A stretch of DNA of 64,000 nt. Source: Macrostomum lignano. Taxonomy: Eukaryota. The stretch covers positions 733,114 through 797,113 of the forward strand of contig NIVC01000181.1 of the NCBI GenBank assembly GCA_002269645.1. The letters are read 5' to 3'. Made by a program: the position numbers and the translations under genes. The notes under the pieces were generated by a model. It worked only from the letters and a program-made list of their open reading frames with translations, was not told where the DNA came from and ran no database searches. Position 1 is the first letter of the stretch. Every line of letters begins with the position of its first letter. Positions 26,365 through 46,700 of this stretch are shown in pieces.

Positions 26365-29300
26365 AGAACTTGCCCCAGGGCAAGTTCTTGGGGAATGATT
26401 AATTTAATTGAACCTCCAATATATAGGACTTTTATTTGCATTGAATGCACCCATCCCTCCAATACACAACCCGCAGCTGGAGGTTAGGGTGGCTATTTTT
26501 ACAAACAGGCTGCAACCCTTTTACTAGAGAGGCTAACTGGCCAAAAAAGGTTACAAAAAATCTGCATTCATATATATAAGTTTTGCATTTGAGTCGGCAG
26601 CCATCTAGGAGAGATGCGCATTAAACCCAGTCAGTTGATCAATAGATGAATAGCAATGTGGTTATTTGTCCGGTTACTAGATAATAGCCATGTTTCCTTA
26701 TTCACTTGGTTAATACTGGACAAATAAGCATTTTGTTACTTGTCTGGTTAAATTGATATTCTATATTTTATAGAAACTACAAAGGTGAATATTCCTGGAC
26801 TTCTTACTCCTATCTTGATTAATAAGATACTTGTCTTAGCAATTTAACTGGACAAATAGCAAAAAGGCTATTCATCTAATCATTGGACAAAAGAATAATT
26901 GCCTTAAATTTTATATTATATTTTAGTTTTTATTTTAGTAACTATATTTGTACCAAAAAAACCTAGAAATAATCTCTAACACCAAATAAAATTATATAAT
27001 AAATGAATGCTAAAAATGATTTTATTTATGCTGCATGCTTACAATTGTAGTTCTTTTTAAAACAGCGCACTTTGCAGTTCTATGAAAAATGTATACAGGC
27101 CTAATAAATAATTTTGGCTTTTAACTTTTTAGTAATAATTAAATTTGTCTATTCATTAATTTGTCTATTTATACAATGAAATTCACCTCAAAAGGTTATT
27201 TTTTTTGGTATTTTGTAGGCCTAGCCAGGATGGAATTCTTGCACAAAAGTTGTTACACGTTTGTGTGTGCTAAGCAAAAGCTTTAAAGTTTAAGTTTTAC
27301 TAAAGTAGAACTTTACTTATTAAAGTTTTGCTAAACTTTAAAGTTTAGTAAAACTCTTATAATTTCTAAAGAATATTTTCTTAAAAGAAATGTAGTGTTC
27401 AAGCTGCTTTAAAACTTGAAGTATAATTTTTTAATTTATGTTGGCATAGAATTGAAAAGCTAGAAAAATGAAATTTCATTGTTTGTGCATTGGCCGCCAT
27501 GATCCGCATTATGACTTATTTTTACAGCTGACGTGCACATTTGCACATTGCTCCAAAACCATGCACGCACGTTTACAAGAATTCCATCCTGGAAGCCTAG
27601 TAAAACTAGCTTTAAACTCCATAAACAATAGGCCACCTCTGGCATATTAATAAAAACAGCCTTCTTGTCTAGTTTGTATTATCTAGAAGTATTTGATATA
27701 TGCTTCGTTGCTTGTTAGATTAAAGGTAATAAAGCTACCAAGAATGAAGCTCAAATTTGAAACTGCAAATTTGATACTAGCATTATCAAAATTGACAAAA
27801 ACCCTTAATTTTTTGCCTTTAGGCCTATTTATATATGATCCTATCAAAAGACAAAGCTGCAACTACAACTAATTTATCAACAAACTTAAAGTCCAAAAAT
27901 TATTATTTATAATGCCTTATATTGGCTATTGATAATTATAAATATAAACATAGGCCCCTACTTAAAGCTAAAACAAAAAACTTTCAAACAACCTAGCTTG
28001 TAGCTATGTCTATAGCTGCCTAGGGTCCTAGGGCTAGGCTGAGCCATCAAGGTAGTGGTGCATGTAAGTAAGATGCAACTTGTTAGGCCTAATAGGCCTA
28101 ATAATAGCTCTGTAGTCTGTACTAGTAGCCTAATCAATATTAGGCTTAGTCTATATAGCGTTGCAGTGTTGTAGTAATGTAGAGTAGTGTAGATTATGTA
28201 AGTCTATACATATGGTTTGCAAATCATGGCATAGGGGCCTAGGGCATAGCCACACCATTGGCATTGGGCATCGCGTCATTACCGTCATATTAATGTAAAG
28301 TAGTACCGCATTGTGCCTCTGTTTAAATCAAATTAAAATGGGTAATAATAAGACCTAACCTGCTGCAGCGACATTTAAGCAAGGCAAAAGGTGGGGAACA
28401 AACTCGACTAATGACTGCCAAGTGCCAACTTGACAATGTCACGCCATGAAGCACATTAACTCTCGTCGAACGTTACTATCGAGGAGTCTCCGACGAACGA
28501 CGGCGGCCAGCCGAAAATTAAAATACAAATTAAAACAAGACGACGAAGTCAGAATTTTAAAATTATGGTCTACTGTTACGGTCTAATTGCGCTTTAGAGC
28601 TTTAAAATTCTTTAAATCAATTTTTACATCGCCTAAATTATTTTTAAAACTACGAGTATTTGGAGACAAAATAACGGTGTTGGTTAAAATCTTGGCCTAC
28701 GTGACTTCAGATACGCCAAATGTATTCATTTCCATCTATATTCGAAATTCTATGCCATATCATCGATCTAAAAAATAGAGACACAAGTGACTTCAAACTG
28801 CCTTTGTTATATTTTTGTTCATGTCATATATCCTAAGTTCTCTACATGTATATCGCGAATGTTATACATGTATATATATCTTTACTCATACCAAATTAAA
28901 TGTGAACGTGTGCGTGACAAAATCGTGTGATTTCAGTTACTGCTGCAGTTAAGTTCTTTCGCTGCACTCACGTTTGGCTGTTTTTCTACACTTTTGAACG
29001 CCCCTGGTCAGCTCTGTCTGATTCGGCTGCGCTGCTGGTTGAGCTTTCCCAGCTAACCAATAATCACGCTTAGGTTTTGTTCCCGGTGACGCCAGCCGAT
29101 TGGATGGGCTGGGTCGTCCTCCTCTCTCCCCTCTGTTTTGTTGTAACCCTGCAGCTTCTTCCGCCTTAAACTTTATAGCCTTGTAAGTAAGCCCTACAAG
29201 TGCCCTGCACGGCGATTGACTTAAGCCAGGCTAACCCTTTTGCTCTCTCTGCACTTGCCCCCCCCTCCGCTGTTGTGTGGCCCGTGTGAGATGGCAACTA

Positions 29301-29851
29301 AGCTATAAATTAAAAAGTTATGACTACGGAAAAAAATTCAAATTTATTGCCTGTTGAAAACGAGGGTTAATCTTGAAAGTAAATAAACTCGAGAAGTAAA
29401 AGTAACTTTTTGTTGATTAATTTACCGCAGTTAAATAACTTTCGAAAAAGCGAATTTACGTTAATTAACCACAAACACTTTGTGGGTTAATTTCGGTTAA
29501 CAAATTAAAACTCGTAAATTAAAGTAAGTGTAAATTTATTAGTGTAAGTGTACAGTTAACGTAAAGTACATGTACGTCAAGTAGCGTTTATTTACCTAAA
29601 ATTACGGTAATCAACCTCCAGGGTGTTTACTGGAGTTGCAAGACGCTTGTGCGTGAGAAATGATAGAACTGCAGGCCATGCAGACGACAACCAATACTGA
29701 TTCAATCGGTAAGCACAGTCTCATCAGCTGCGTTAAGTTCCACTCTTCCGGTTTTGTCAGATCGACTACTGCATGCATGTACTCGTATCAGTAGGGTCAG
29801 CGCGTCCTTACGCCTGAGATAGTACTATGAGTTCTTCGCTATACGCTACAG

Positions 29852-29978
29852 AAGACGCACAATGGATCCTCTATGATCAGTACGGATAGCAGCTCGGATG
29901 TACAATGTATGAGCATATCAGACCTAATCCGAGCTATTTGCTATCCGTACTGATCATAGAGGATCCATTGTGCGTCTT
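29852..29978. repeat. Long inverted repeat / hairpin (40-bp perfect arms plus 8-bp inner stem)
   Basis: 29852-29891 is the exact reverse complement of 29939-29978; the inner GCTCGGAT pairs with ATCCGAGC. Confidence 0.9.
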
Positions 29979-32031
29979 AAACGCCTCTGGATATCAGGCT
30001 CTACTCTGCGTCCCAACGCCAGCATGAGCTAGCGATGTATATATTGTCAGCAGAATGTCAGCGTGTCCCAACATCTGATGGGTAACCATGGTTCTTCCAG
30101 CGCGTCCCAACGCCTGGATTTTAGAGTAACGTAAAAATGGACGGTATTGGTACTGCACTGACCGCATCCATAATACGCTCGTAGACAGCAGTCAACACAA
30201 CAACGCGCGCGCCTTTCACGCCATCAAACCCAGTAAAAAGGGGTAGTCGGAATCCAATCGGAATGTCCGGTCGGAATTTGTCAGCAAAGTGGCTCGTGCA
30301 ATCCGATCGTTTTCTGGTCGGAGTTTTCCGATCGGAATGTGACGCTATATCCGACTAAATTACGATTAGGTTGTATTTTTCAGAAATTTGCTTTTGCGTT
30401 GGCTAGCTTGAATAAAAAATAAACAAATCGGTTTTCAAAGTACTTAGCAAAATAATATATTATTTAAAATATTATTCTGCCTGAAGACTGAAGCACAATA
30501 ATGATTGGCTATTTAATAATTTACTCAATGCATTGTATATTATGCAATTATAAAGATTACAGTATGCGATGCTGTACCCTTGTACTGCGCAATGCTGTTA
30601 CCGATGAAGACATTCAGCCGACTCCCTTGGCTACGAGTGTAGTCGGAGAAGCCACTACTGATAAGGCTCATGCCGTTCCTTGACATGGCTTGTTCGTACA
30701 CAAAGGCGCATTCAATGGTATCTATAGCGCCTCGCTGATACATATCGCTTCAAATTTGGGACTATAAGTTTAGGTTTTAAGATTAATCAAGGATTTGGAC
30801 TTTTTTCACAATGATAAGCTATGAAAACAGGAATATTGCTATGGGAGCCAAACAACTACGTAACGCGTAGAAACTGCAGGGTCAATTCGCGGTGCAGGGG
30901 GGTTTGGTAGTACAGGCTATAATTAGGTCTCAACTTGCTGTTGCCCCTTGCTGTTTTTGCTCTCTGTTTCAACTATTGAAATGAAAATATACACGATCTC
31001 CGCTTTTCGAATGTGAAAACTATATGAATACAGTCTTTTTCAGTAGAATCTTGACTCGTAACTCTACTAAAGGTTGTATATAGTGTAATCAACTACATGT
31101 AGGTTTGGTAATTGAACATATAAATGGTAATGTGCATATAACGTGCTTTGTAAAACTTGGGTGTTGACTCATTTGGCAGTAGTAGATGAGATTGTACAAC
31201 TGTACATGTAGTAGGGTTTCGAGTTGTACATGTAATCTTGGTGATTCATACAGAGCGCGCCGGCCGTCTGGGGAATTAATGTATGACACTGTGCATGTAG
31301 AAGTAGATTAATGCATATTTAGAAGTATGTACTGCGTACATATAGAATTGGGGATAGACATGTACAATGTACAATTTGAGATAGATAGGGATTAATGCAG
31401 TACATGGATTAATGTACATATACGACTACATACACGCATATCACGCTTAGGATAGCGTTTTCATATACTACTTACTTCATTTTCGGATAGCAGTAAATTT
31501 AGAAATTTAGGGAAATTTCTAGAAATAAATGTAATTCATACTGCATCAAACTTTCGCGAATGTCACTACATCACAATATAAAAACACAAATCACTGGCGA
31601 TCATGTTCATATTTAAATATATTTGATTAAATTTCCAAGGCCATACTACTTCTTTAAGTTGTTATATATTTTGCAGTAGCATAAAAGTTCGGGGGATCGG
31701 AGAAGTGAATTTCAATTAAATATATGAAGATTTTTATTCGGACCGTCGTGTACGTGGTTAGGTAGAAGGGATACCGTAACAATTCTTACGGAACCGTACA
31801 CAGCGTGCATCCACTGTGAGACGTACTGCGATATCTATATATTCTAACGGTTCTCATAACGAGCCATTTAAACTGCGTGTAGCTGCTTTAGCAGATGCGG
31901 ATATAGAAAAGACAATATTTACTTTCTCATGTGCTTTCAGACAGCTTCTGTAGCTATTGATATCTATTCAGTACAAATTGTCAAAGATTAAGCATCGATT
32001 TGCGAGTTTAACACATCGGTTTCTTCATAAC

Positions 32032-33900
32032 TCAGTCTTTAAACTTCAATTGACTCACTTCAACAACCACACGTTTCTTACAACCGCCGTGCAGTTTCAC
32101 TTCAAGCCAATGTCGAATCCGAAAGGCAAACCTGAAATATCTGTAGGTCTTCAACGCGGCCAAAAGTCTCAGCAGAGGGAAAGCAACTTCAAAGTCGCTG
32201 TTGCACTTTTGAAACGTCTCGGTAACAAAAGCAATGAGAAAATTCAATAAGTTGAGGCCGACAAGACAGAAAAATAGGACGTGAATGAACAGTACCACAG
32301 GGCTATCCAAACTGTAGGTTATCATGTTCAGTATTGTCTTGATGGAGGAGTACAGTGACAATGCCGCAGTGTCATAGTCGGGCGAGTTCACCAGGATAAA
32401 GAAATCGAGGCTGAACAATGTTATCCAATAGAACAGCAGAGGCAGCGCCGCAAGGAAGCTGGAAAGCATGCGGTGAAAGATGAAGAACAACTTTCCCATT
32501 GACCTTGAGACAATCTCCATGTACTGCGCAAAGTGGAGCAGCGTGAACGAAATATACAGCGTGTTAGATCCAACAAAAATTTCTCGATAAACGCTGTTTT
32601 GTATCGGAGGCAAATGAATGTAAAAATTCGCCTGACCAAGGAAATTCGAAAACAAAAAGAAACAGACGCCGCTACCCAGAGCGACGCCGAGGTAGACGTC
32701 AAATATTGAACGGCGCACAAAGCAGTTCCGACTATACGGGTTGGCAAACGACATTCGTCTTTGTCGTCTCTCGCACATAAACAACAAAAGTTTACTGATA
32801 GCCAGAAAAGCCTGAGCAACCAGCATCAGAGCTATCAGTAAGGTTCCCATCACGGCAGAGCGCGTAATTTGCACACAAGATTTCTGCTTTACCTTTTGAG
32901 AAAAGAAAAACTCATAGTACAAGGTTGTGTTATAGAGATCTGTCACGTTGTAACCAACGCTCAATGCTGCTTGAAAAGTTGCTTGATTGCAATGAATCAG
33001 GTTTCCAACCGATGCAACTAGAAGCATCAAGGAGTCATTGACGATAGTCATTAGAAAAATCACCGTAGGTACGCTGATAAATAAAATACGCAGAATGGTA
33101 AGAACTTTGGTCTGACGATAAATCAGCCGAAACCACTGTCGAACCAAAGGATCTTCAAGTAGTTTTGACTTTTTCAGCGCATCGATTTGATTTGTTGAAA
33201 CAAAGGTGAGCAGTTGTAGAGGGCTCGCTTGGCAGCGGGTGCCGTGACATAGATCATAGTCAGTGAGGTCATACAGACGCAATGTCCAACTACCCGTTCG
33301 ACTAACCGAGCTCAGCAAGTAGTTTGGCAGGTGGAGCAGTTTTCGAGCCAGTCGGAATGCGCAATATTTTACGCACGCCTCGATAGGCCTGAGACCCATC
33401 GAGTCTTCCTGCATCACCAGATTCCTCAGCAATTGAGGCTCTTTGCATAGAGTCGCCAAAATTGCAGTCTCGAAGTACTTTGCAGATTTAAATCTTGGTG
33501 CAAAGAGCTGGCAACGGGCCAGGGTGTGCAGCACTGTGCTGCCATCGGGCTCGAGCTGGGCCAGGTATTCGGCGTTTGCTGTGATTAGGTACTCAAACAC
33601 GCTGACAGACTGAAGCGCAATAGCCAGGTGAATTGCATAGGCAAACTGTAGACTAAGAAATTCCCAATTCTGCTTTCTCTTTCCTAATGGGCAGCATCGT
33701 CCTAGACAGTGCATTGATGAATCGGGTGGCACATCAACTAGCCGTTGAGCCATCTTGCTCGGCAGCTCAGCTCCCATGGCCTGGATGAAGGCGTCCGCAT
33801 CGTCCTTAGCCAGAGCGCTCAGCGCTGCTTCATTTGCCGACTCCAGTTTCTGATTTGAGGATTTTCGACTGCAACTCTGAAGGAACTTCTTTTTGGAGCT
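32032..33900 (-). CDS. Divergent TRPV-like ankyrin-repeat ion channel; one long coding exon (ATG at 33777; frame open from 33900)
   Basis: Ankyrin-like DGSTVLHTLA and MGLRPIEAC, TRPV5/6-like LYDLTDYD, several hydrophobic segments, pore-helix-like SLYSSIKTIL and S6 LNLLNFLIAFVTETF. An upstream exon is possible. Confidence 0.8.
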   Translation of the reverse strand, partial: SSKKKFLQSCSRKSSNQKLESANEAALSALAKDDADAFIQAMGAELPSKMAQRLVDVPPDSSMHCLGRCCPLGKRKQNWEFLSLQFAYAIHLAIALQSVSVFEYLITANAEYLAQLEPDGSTVLHTLARCQLFAPRFKSAKYFETAILATLCKEPQLLRNLVMQEDSMGLRPIEACVKYCAFRLARKLLHLPNYLLSSVSRTGSWTLRLYDLTDYDLCHGTRCQASPLQLLTFVSTNQIDALKKSKLLEDPLVRQWFRLIYRQTKVLTILRILFISVPTVIFLMTIVNDSLMLLVASVGNLIHCNQATFQAALSVGYNVTDLYNTTLYYEFFFSQKVKQKSCVQITRSAVMGTLLIALMLVAQAFLAISKLLLFMCERRQRRMSFANPYSRNCFVRRSIFDVYLGVALGSGVCFFLFSNFLGQANFYIHLPPIQNSVYREIFVGSNTLYISFTLLHFAQYMEIVSRSMGKLFFIFHRMLSSFLAALPLLFYWITLFSLDFFILVNSPDYDTAALSLYSSIKTILNMITYSLDSPVVLFIHVLFFCLVGLNLLNFLIAFVTETFQKCNSDFEVAFPLLRLLAALKTYRYFRFAFRIRHWLEVKLHGGCKKRVVVEVSQLKFKD

Positions 33901-33930
33901 TTACCGCTATGGTTTACCTATCTCCTGAAC

Positions 33931-34094
33931 CAGTCAGTTTGATGATTGACAGAGTTCAGTAGCAGCCTTAAGTATACACAGCGTTTGCACTTATCCACTT
34001 AGCTAAGTGCCCCAGTCAGTTTGATGATTGACAGAGTTCAGTAGCAGCCTTAAGTATACACAGCGTTTGCACTTATCCACTTAGCTAAGTGCCC
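33931..34094. repeat. Perfect 82-bp tandem duplication
   Basis: 33931-34012 is repeated at 34013-34094. Confidence 0.95.
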
Positions 34095-34435
34095 CAAAAG
34101 TCATCAGAAAATTGATTTATTACTTGGACACACAAAACTTCCTGCCAACGCTTTGCTGTGAGTAAACACACAGAGAATGTGACGATTGCCGGTCAGAGCT
34201 CTGGCAGATCCAACTAGCTGCTACTGAAATAGGCGGGTTGCAGGGTTTGCCATTACAGACTGAACTAATAATGCCAGTATTTGTCTCAGCCACGCAGTCC
34301 GAAGTGGATAAAGTCACGCAATTGTTTATTAGCTTATGCTTCAGCTGATTAAGCTGGAAAAAAACTGGCTGGGCAGTGTGCCGGCTTTCAATGGGGCAGC
34401 TATACTTGAAATAATTACACCAACTGTAGTGTCCA

Positions 34436-34597
<162 letters not shown>

Positions 34598-35985
34598 TTT
34601 CTACAGTCTAAAATATGTCTAAAATAGCTACAATTTTGCGGATGCGATAAACGGTACTTGTTTAAAGGTGCAAAAAATCTGTCTAATCAGTGACGCAAAT
34701 ATTATGCAAGCAAATATCTGATTTACAAGCAGACATTGCCTGACGATTAGAAAGTCAGTGCCGCTGTACACCCTGTGTGAGCGTGTGTACGAGTGTGGGC
34801 CTGCGTACAGTATTGGCGCGCTTGCGTGTGCTTGGGAGTCAACAAAAATGGATAGAATTGCCTCAGCTCTGTGATTTGTGGGATGATGATGTCGCCGAAG
34901 GCCTTGCGCCAGGGTGCATTGAAGGAAATACATTCAGAAACACAAATATATTTAATTTATTAACTATTTCAATGACAAAAATACTCTTAGTTAATAGTTG
35001 GACCAGGTCAGCTTTGTCGGTAAGAGCAGTGAGACTCGGCACTTCAGCCCTGCTGCTTGCCAACCCACCGTGGCACTAACGCGCAGGCGGTAGGCCGGCA
35101 ACCAAGTAGGGTCGCATCGAACGCGCAGGCCCTGGTGACAATGCCCTGACTATAAACCCAAAAGGATAGAAGCAGGACGACACATACGGTTGTTGGCATT
35201 TTTGGTCGCTCTAGGCGACTTCACACATTCACGAATTACGTTGTATATTTGACTTGGGATGTGGAAGAAGCGCAGGGACGGCTGTAGCGGCTTGATGGCG
35301 GTGCGAGCGCAAATCATTAACACAAAATTGGGGTGGGGCTTAAGCTGTAGGGTAAGAGAAACGGCGGGTGGGGCTGAGGTAGAGAGAGAATCGACTGCAG
35401 CCACGCTAAGCACAATGGGGTGCAGCCAATGCAGTGACCACGGGGAGCAAGTAATTTAAATAAGGGGAGAGGATATAGCAGGGCAGGGGTGGGGCAATTA
35501 AACCAACTCAAGGGAACAGGTCCAGTGCAGCGGTACCAAAATGCAGTAAGGTACTTTATGCTCAAGAAGATACAGCTAACAATAAGTTACGAGTAGGGAG
35601 GACATTGGGAGGGACACACAGACACACAGACTGGAGGAGATAAGACAAAACATTGGGGCGGCGCACCGAGGGCCAGGATTAGGAGCTCCAAAGTATATAC
35701 AAAAGCGACAATGGAAGGTAATAAAGTATAGTACGGTCAAATGCATCATTAGATCACAACATTGAAAAGCAAAGAGGAACTGAATTTGCAATTAAACGGA
35801 AAAATGCCGTTAAGCAGGATTGAATTAAAATAATTCTCGAAACGGCAAATTTTAGGTTCCCAGTCGGTGCGAATTGCTGGTGTCCTTCTGCAGCGAACCT
35901 TTCGCCGAGGCGTAGTTTAAAAGTCGGATCTGCAGTGGTTCAGTGAGTGGCGTGTTTAGTCCATGATGACCGTTGCTGCATGACG

Positions 35986-43366
<7,381 letters not shown>

Positions 43367-43717
43367 GATTGTTTTATGAGTCGATTTCTATCGCTCTATC
43401 GAAGTAAAAAGGGAGAGAAGACTGAGAGGTAGCCAGAGATTATTAAGAATGTCGAGAAGATCTACAGTTGATATGGAGTTTTCACTCCTATAGGTAAGCC
43501 CGGGCCGCGTCGCCAATATTATTATAAGGATTTCTAGAGAAGCTGGCCTCGCCTCTGCTCACTTTTCCAGGGGCAGGCACAGGCGGTTTCAACTGGCTCG
43601 ATGAACCAAGGAGAACTTTGAACAAAAGTGTGGACGAGACGCAGTTAACGTTCTGTTCGCTTTGCAGTAGATATGGGCGAGTTTCTTATAACTCCTGCAT
43701 CAGCTAACCTTCATCTT

Positions 43718-46700
43718 TGACGTGACGCGAAAGTCAGGAATCGAATTTTGTTTAAGCGAGTATAAATTCTTGCGATATATTTGCAGTAGTAGAACAGTCT
43801 AAGTTGCATTGGTTGCATTGCATTGGTTGCATTGGTTTACAGAGTACATAGAAGTTTGGAATTGAATGAAGTGAGTAAGTTAGCTGAATAAAGTCTAATT
43901 GAATAAAGCTAAGCAACAAACCGAACACAGTTACCCATGCTAACTAACCAACGAACCGTCACTTCATCTCCCCCCTTGGAATCGAGCTGGCGGCAGGCCC
44001 CTTGTAGAACGAATCGGATAGCGAGGCAGCTTCACCGGCGAGGGGCCGGCGGCAGGCTGCGGCCGATGCAACTCGGTGGCCTCCCCGCCCTGCAGTCCGG
44101 TAATTTCGCCGTCCTCAGCGGCCGCAGTAGCGGCATCGCTGCCACTGCTGCGCACGTCACCTTGGCAGTTGGTTTGCGGCTTTGGCAGCATCGTACACTC
44201 GTCCGTGGCGCGGAAGGTTGCCGGATCATCGGCTCCGGCCTCGATGCGTTCACTCAGCTGGTCTGCATGCGCCAGGACGGTGCGACCGCCTTGGCGGGCG
44301 ATGATGGCCGTGTTCGTCCCTTTCTGACATAGAAACTCGGCCGGTTCGCGCTTGAGCCCTGCGCCCGGTGCGTACCAGATGTTGGCTCTAATTGGCGTCT
44401 TCATCGTGACCGGGTTGCGCAGCTGCCGTCCCATGAGCTGTGCTGGACTCTGGGCCCGACCAGCGTGCGGAATGCACCTGTAATTGAGTAGGAGTCTGAA
44501 CAGGAACGAGTCATACAGCTCCGACGCTTGGTCCCAGGCCGCCGACGCCCTCTTGATCGAGCCGACCATCCGTTCCGCGAGTCCGTTCGATTGCGGATGC
44601 CTTGGAGGAGTTTTGAGGGCTCGACAGCCGGTTCGCTCAAGCCAGGACAGCAGTCCAGCGTCGTAGTACTCAGCGGCATTATCACTAACTAGGACGTGCG
44701 GGACACCGTTTCTAGCAAATACTGACTGAAGAGCGGCCTTAACAGTCGCAGCATCGCGGTTTGGTACTCTCAGGACCTCAGGCCATCCCGACATTGCATC
44801 GACTAGAATGAGCACCAGTCCAACTTTCGGGATTGTGGCGTGGTCCATGTGCACGCGATGCCACGTCTCGTCTTCTTTCGGCCACTGATGTACCGTAACT
44901 GTGCCAGAGGGCCGAATTCGCGTGCAGGTGGGGCAGTTGGGCACGTGCTGCTCCACGTCCGTGCAATATCCTGGCCACCAGGCCGAGTTGCGGATGAGTG
45001 CGCGAGTTTCCATGGTTAACTGATGCGAGTCATTGTGTACCTGATCCAAGACGCGCTGTCTGAGTGTCGCAGGAATCAGCGGTCGATCGCCGTAGCAGAG
45101 AATGCCGTCGTCTATCACCAGCGCATAGCGAACTGACTTGTACGGCCTCTCAGCTGGGGAGCATCCTGACCATCTGCTTGATGCGACTCGCTAAGCAATA
45201 TCTTGGAGTAGACGATCACGCTGGGTCTCCGCTTGCAGCTCCTCCCATGGAATCACCGGGCTGCCAGCCCAATGAACCAGACATTCCAAGGCAGCAGGTT
45301 CTGATTCAGATAGTTCACCGTCGCATTCAAGGCGAGAGAGAGCATCAGCGTGTGGAATGTGCTCGCCTTTTGTGTAGATCGTGTCAAAATCGAATGCCAT
45401 TAGCTTGATCGCCCAGCGAAGTAGTCGAGCGTTCGCCACCTTTGGAAGTTGCCGCCGTGCTCCAAAGAGAAACTCTAGAGGCCGATGATCTGTCCGTTGA
45501 GTGAATCGGGCACCGAGAAGGAACTGCTTGGCGCGTTCATTCGCCCAAAGAATGGCGAGGGCCTCTCTTTCGATATTCGAATAGTGCGACTCCGTGGTGC
45601 TCAACCGTCTGCTAAGGTATATAACCGGGTGGCCGTTTTGGGTGAGCACAGCGGCGATGGCCCTCTCACTGGCATCTGTGGTAAGAGTCGTCTCCTTAGT
45701 TTTGTCGTAGGGCTGTAGGACTGGCGCTGCTAAGAATGGCCTTGATTCGCTCGAAGGCCTGAGTCTGATCGGGTCCCCAACTGAACTTTTCGTTCTTGGC
45801 TCGTAGCCGGTTGAGTGGCTCGATGATCTGTGAGTAGTTGCGAATGAATCTACCAAAAAAGTTGGCAAGGCCAAGAAAAGATTCTAGTTGCTTCTTGTCT
45901 CCAGGAGTCTTGACGGCGCGGATCCGATCGACTAGATTTGGATCAGGAGAAATTCCTCTCTCGCTGACTCTGTATCCGAGAAATGAGACCTCCCTAGCAT
46001 TGAGGGTTGATTTTTCCAAGTTGGTTGACATTCCTGCCTTCTTTAGGGTAGCTATGACAGTTTAGACCTTTGAGTCGATCTCTGAGTCAGATTTTCCGTC
46101 GAGAAGAATGTCATCCTGATAAACTATCTTGCCGGTGATATCGGCAAGGACTGATTCCATTGCCTTTTGAAAGATAGATGATGCTGATTTGAGGGCTGGA
46201 ACGAGACGCTTATAGCGATAGAGGCCCAAAGTCGTGGCGATGGTGGTGATCTCTATGCTGTCTTCGTCAAGCTCTATCTGTAAATAAGCATCTGAGAGGT
46301 CGATTTCGGACAAGTGTGACATTCCAGAGGTCTCCGCAAAGATTGTCTCCATCTCAGGCATCGGGTACGTATCGTTGCACACTTGATGATTAACTCCTGC
46401 TTTGAAGTCAGCACAGACGCGCACCTTTCCTTTAGGTTTCAGCACGCTGACAATTGGTGAGGCCACTGGCTCCCTCCGGCTGGAACAGGTTCAATTATCT
46501 GCTCAGCCTCCATTCGCTTGAGTTCCTGGTTAACCCTGTCTCGCAGGTGAATGGGAACGGGCCTAGCTGCGCAGTAAAACGGTTTTGCTCCGTCAACAAG
46601 GCAAATCTTGGCTTTGAAGTTTTTGAGACATCCTAGCTGGCCGACAGCAGCCCTTGGCCCTTGCAGCTTGATGACGTCCATTCCCAGCAGTCCATGTGGC

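Noticed and set aside
34628-35413. Short ORFs conserved in both units (also 50301-51086), including an AFGDIIIPQITELRQF frame as a possible alternative last exon
   Set aside because: Conservation is explained by the duplication; no motifs and weak splice support.
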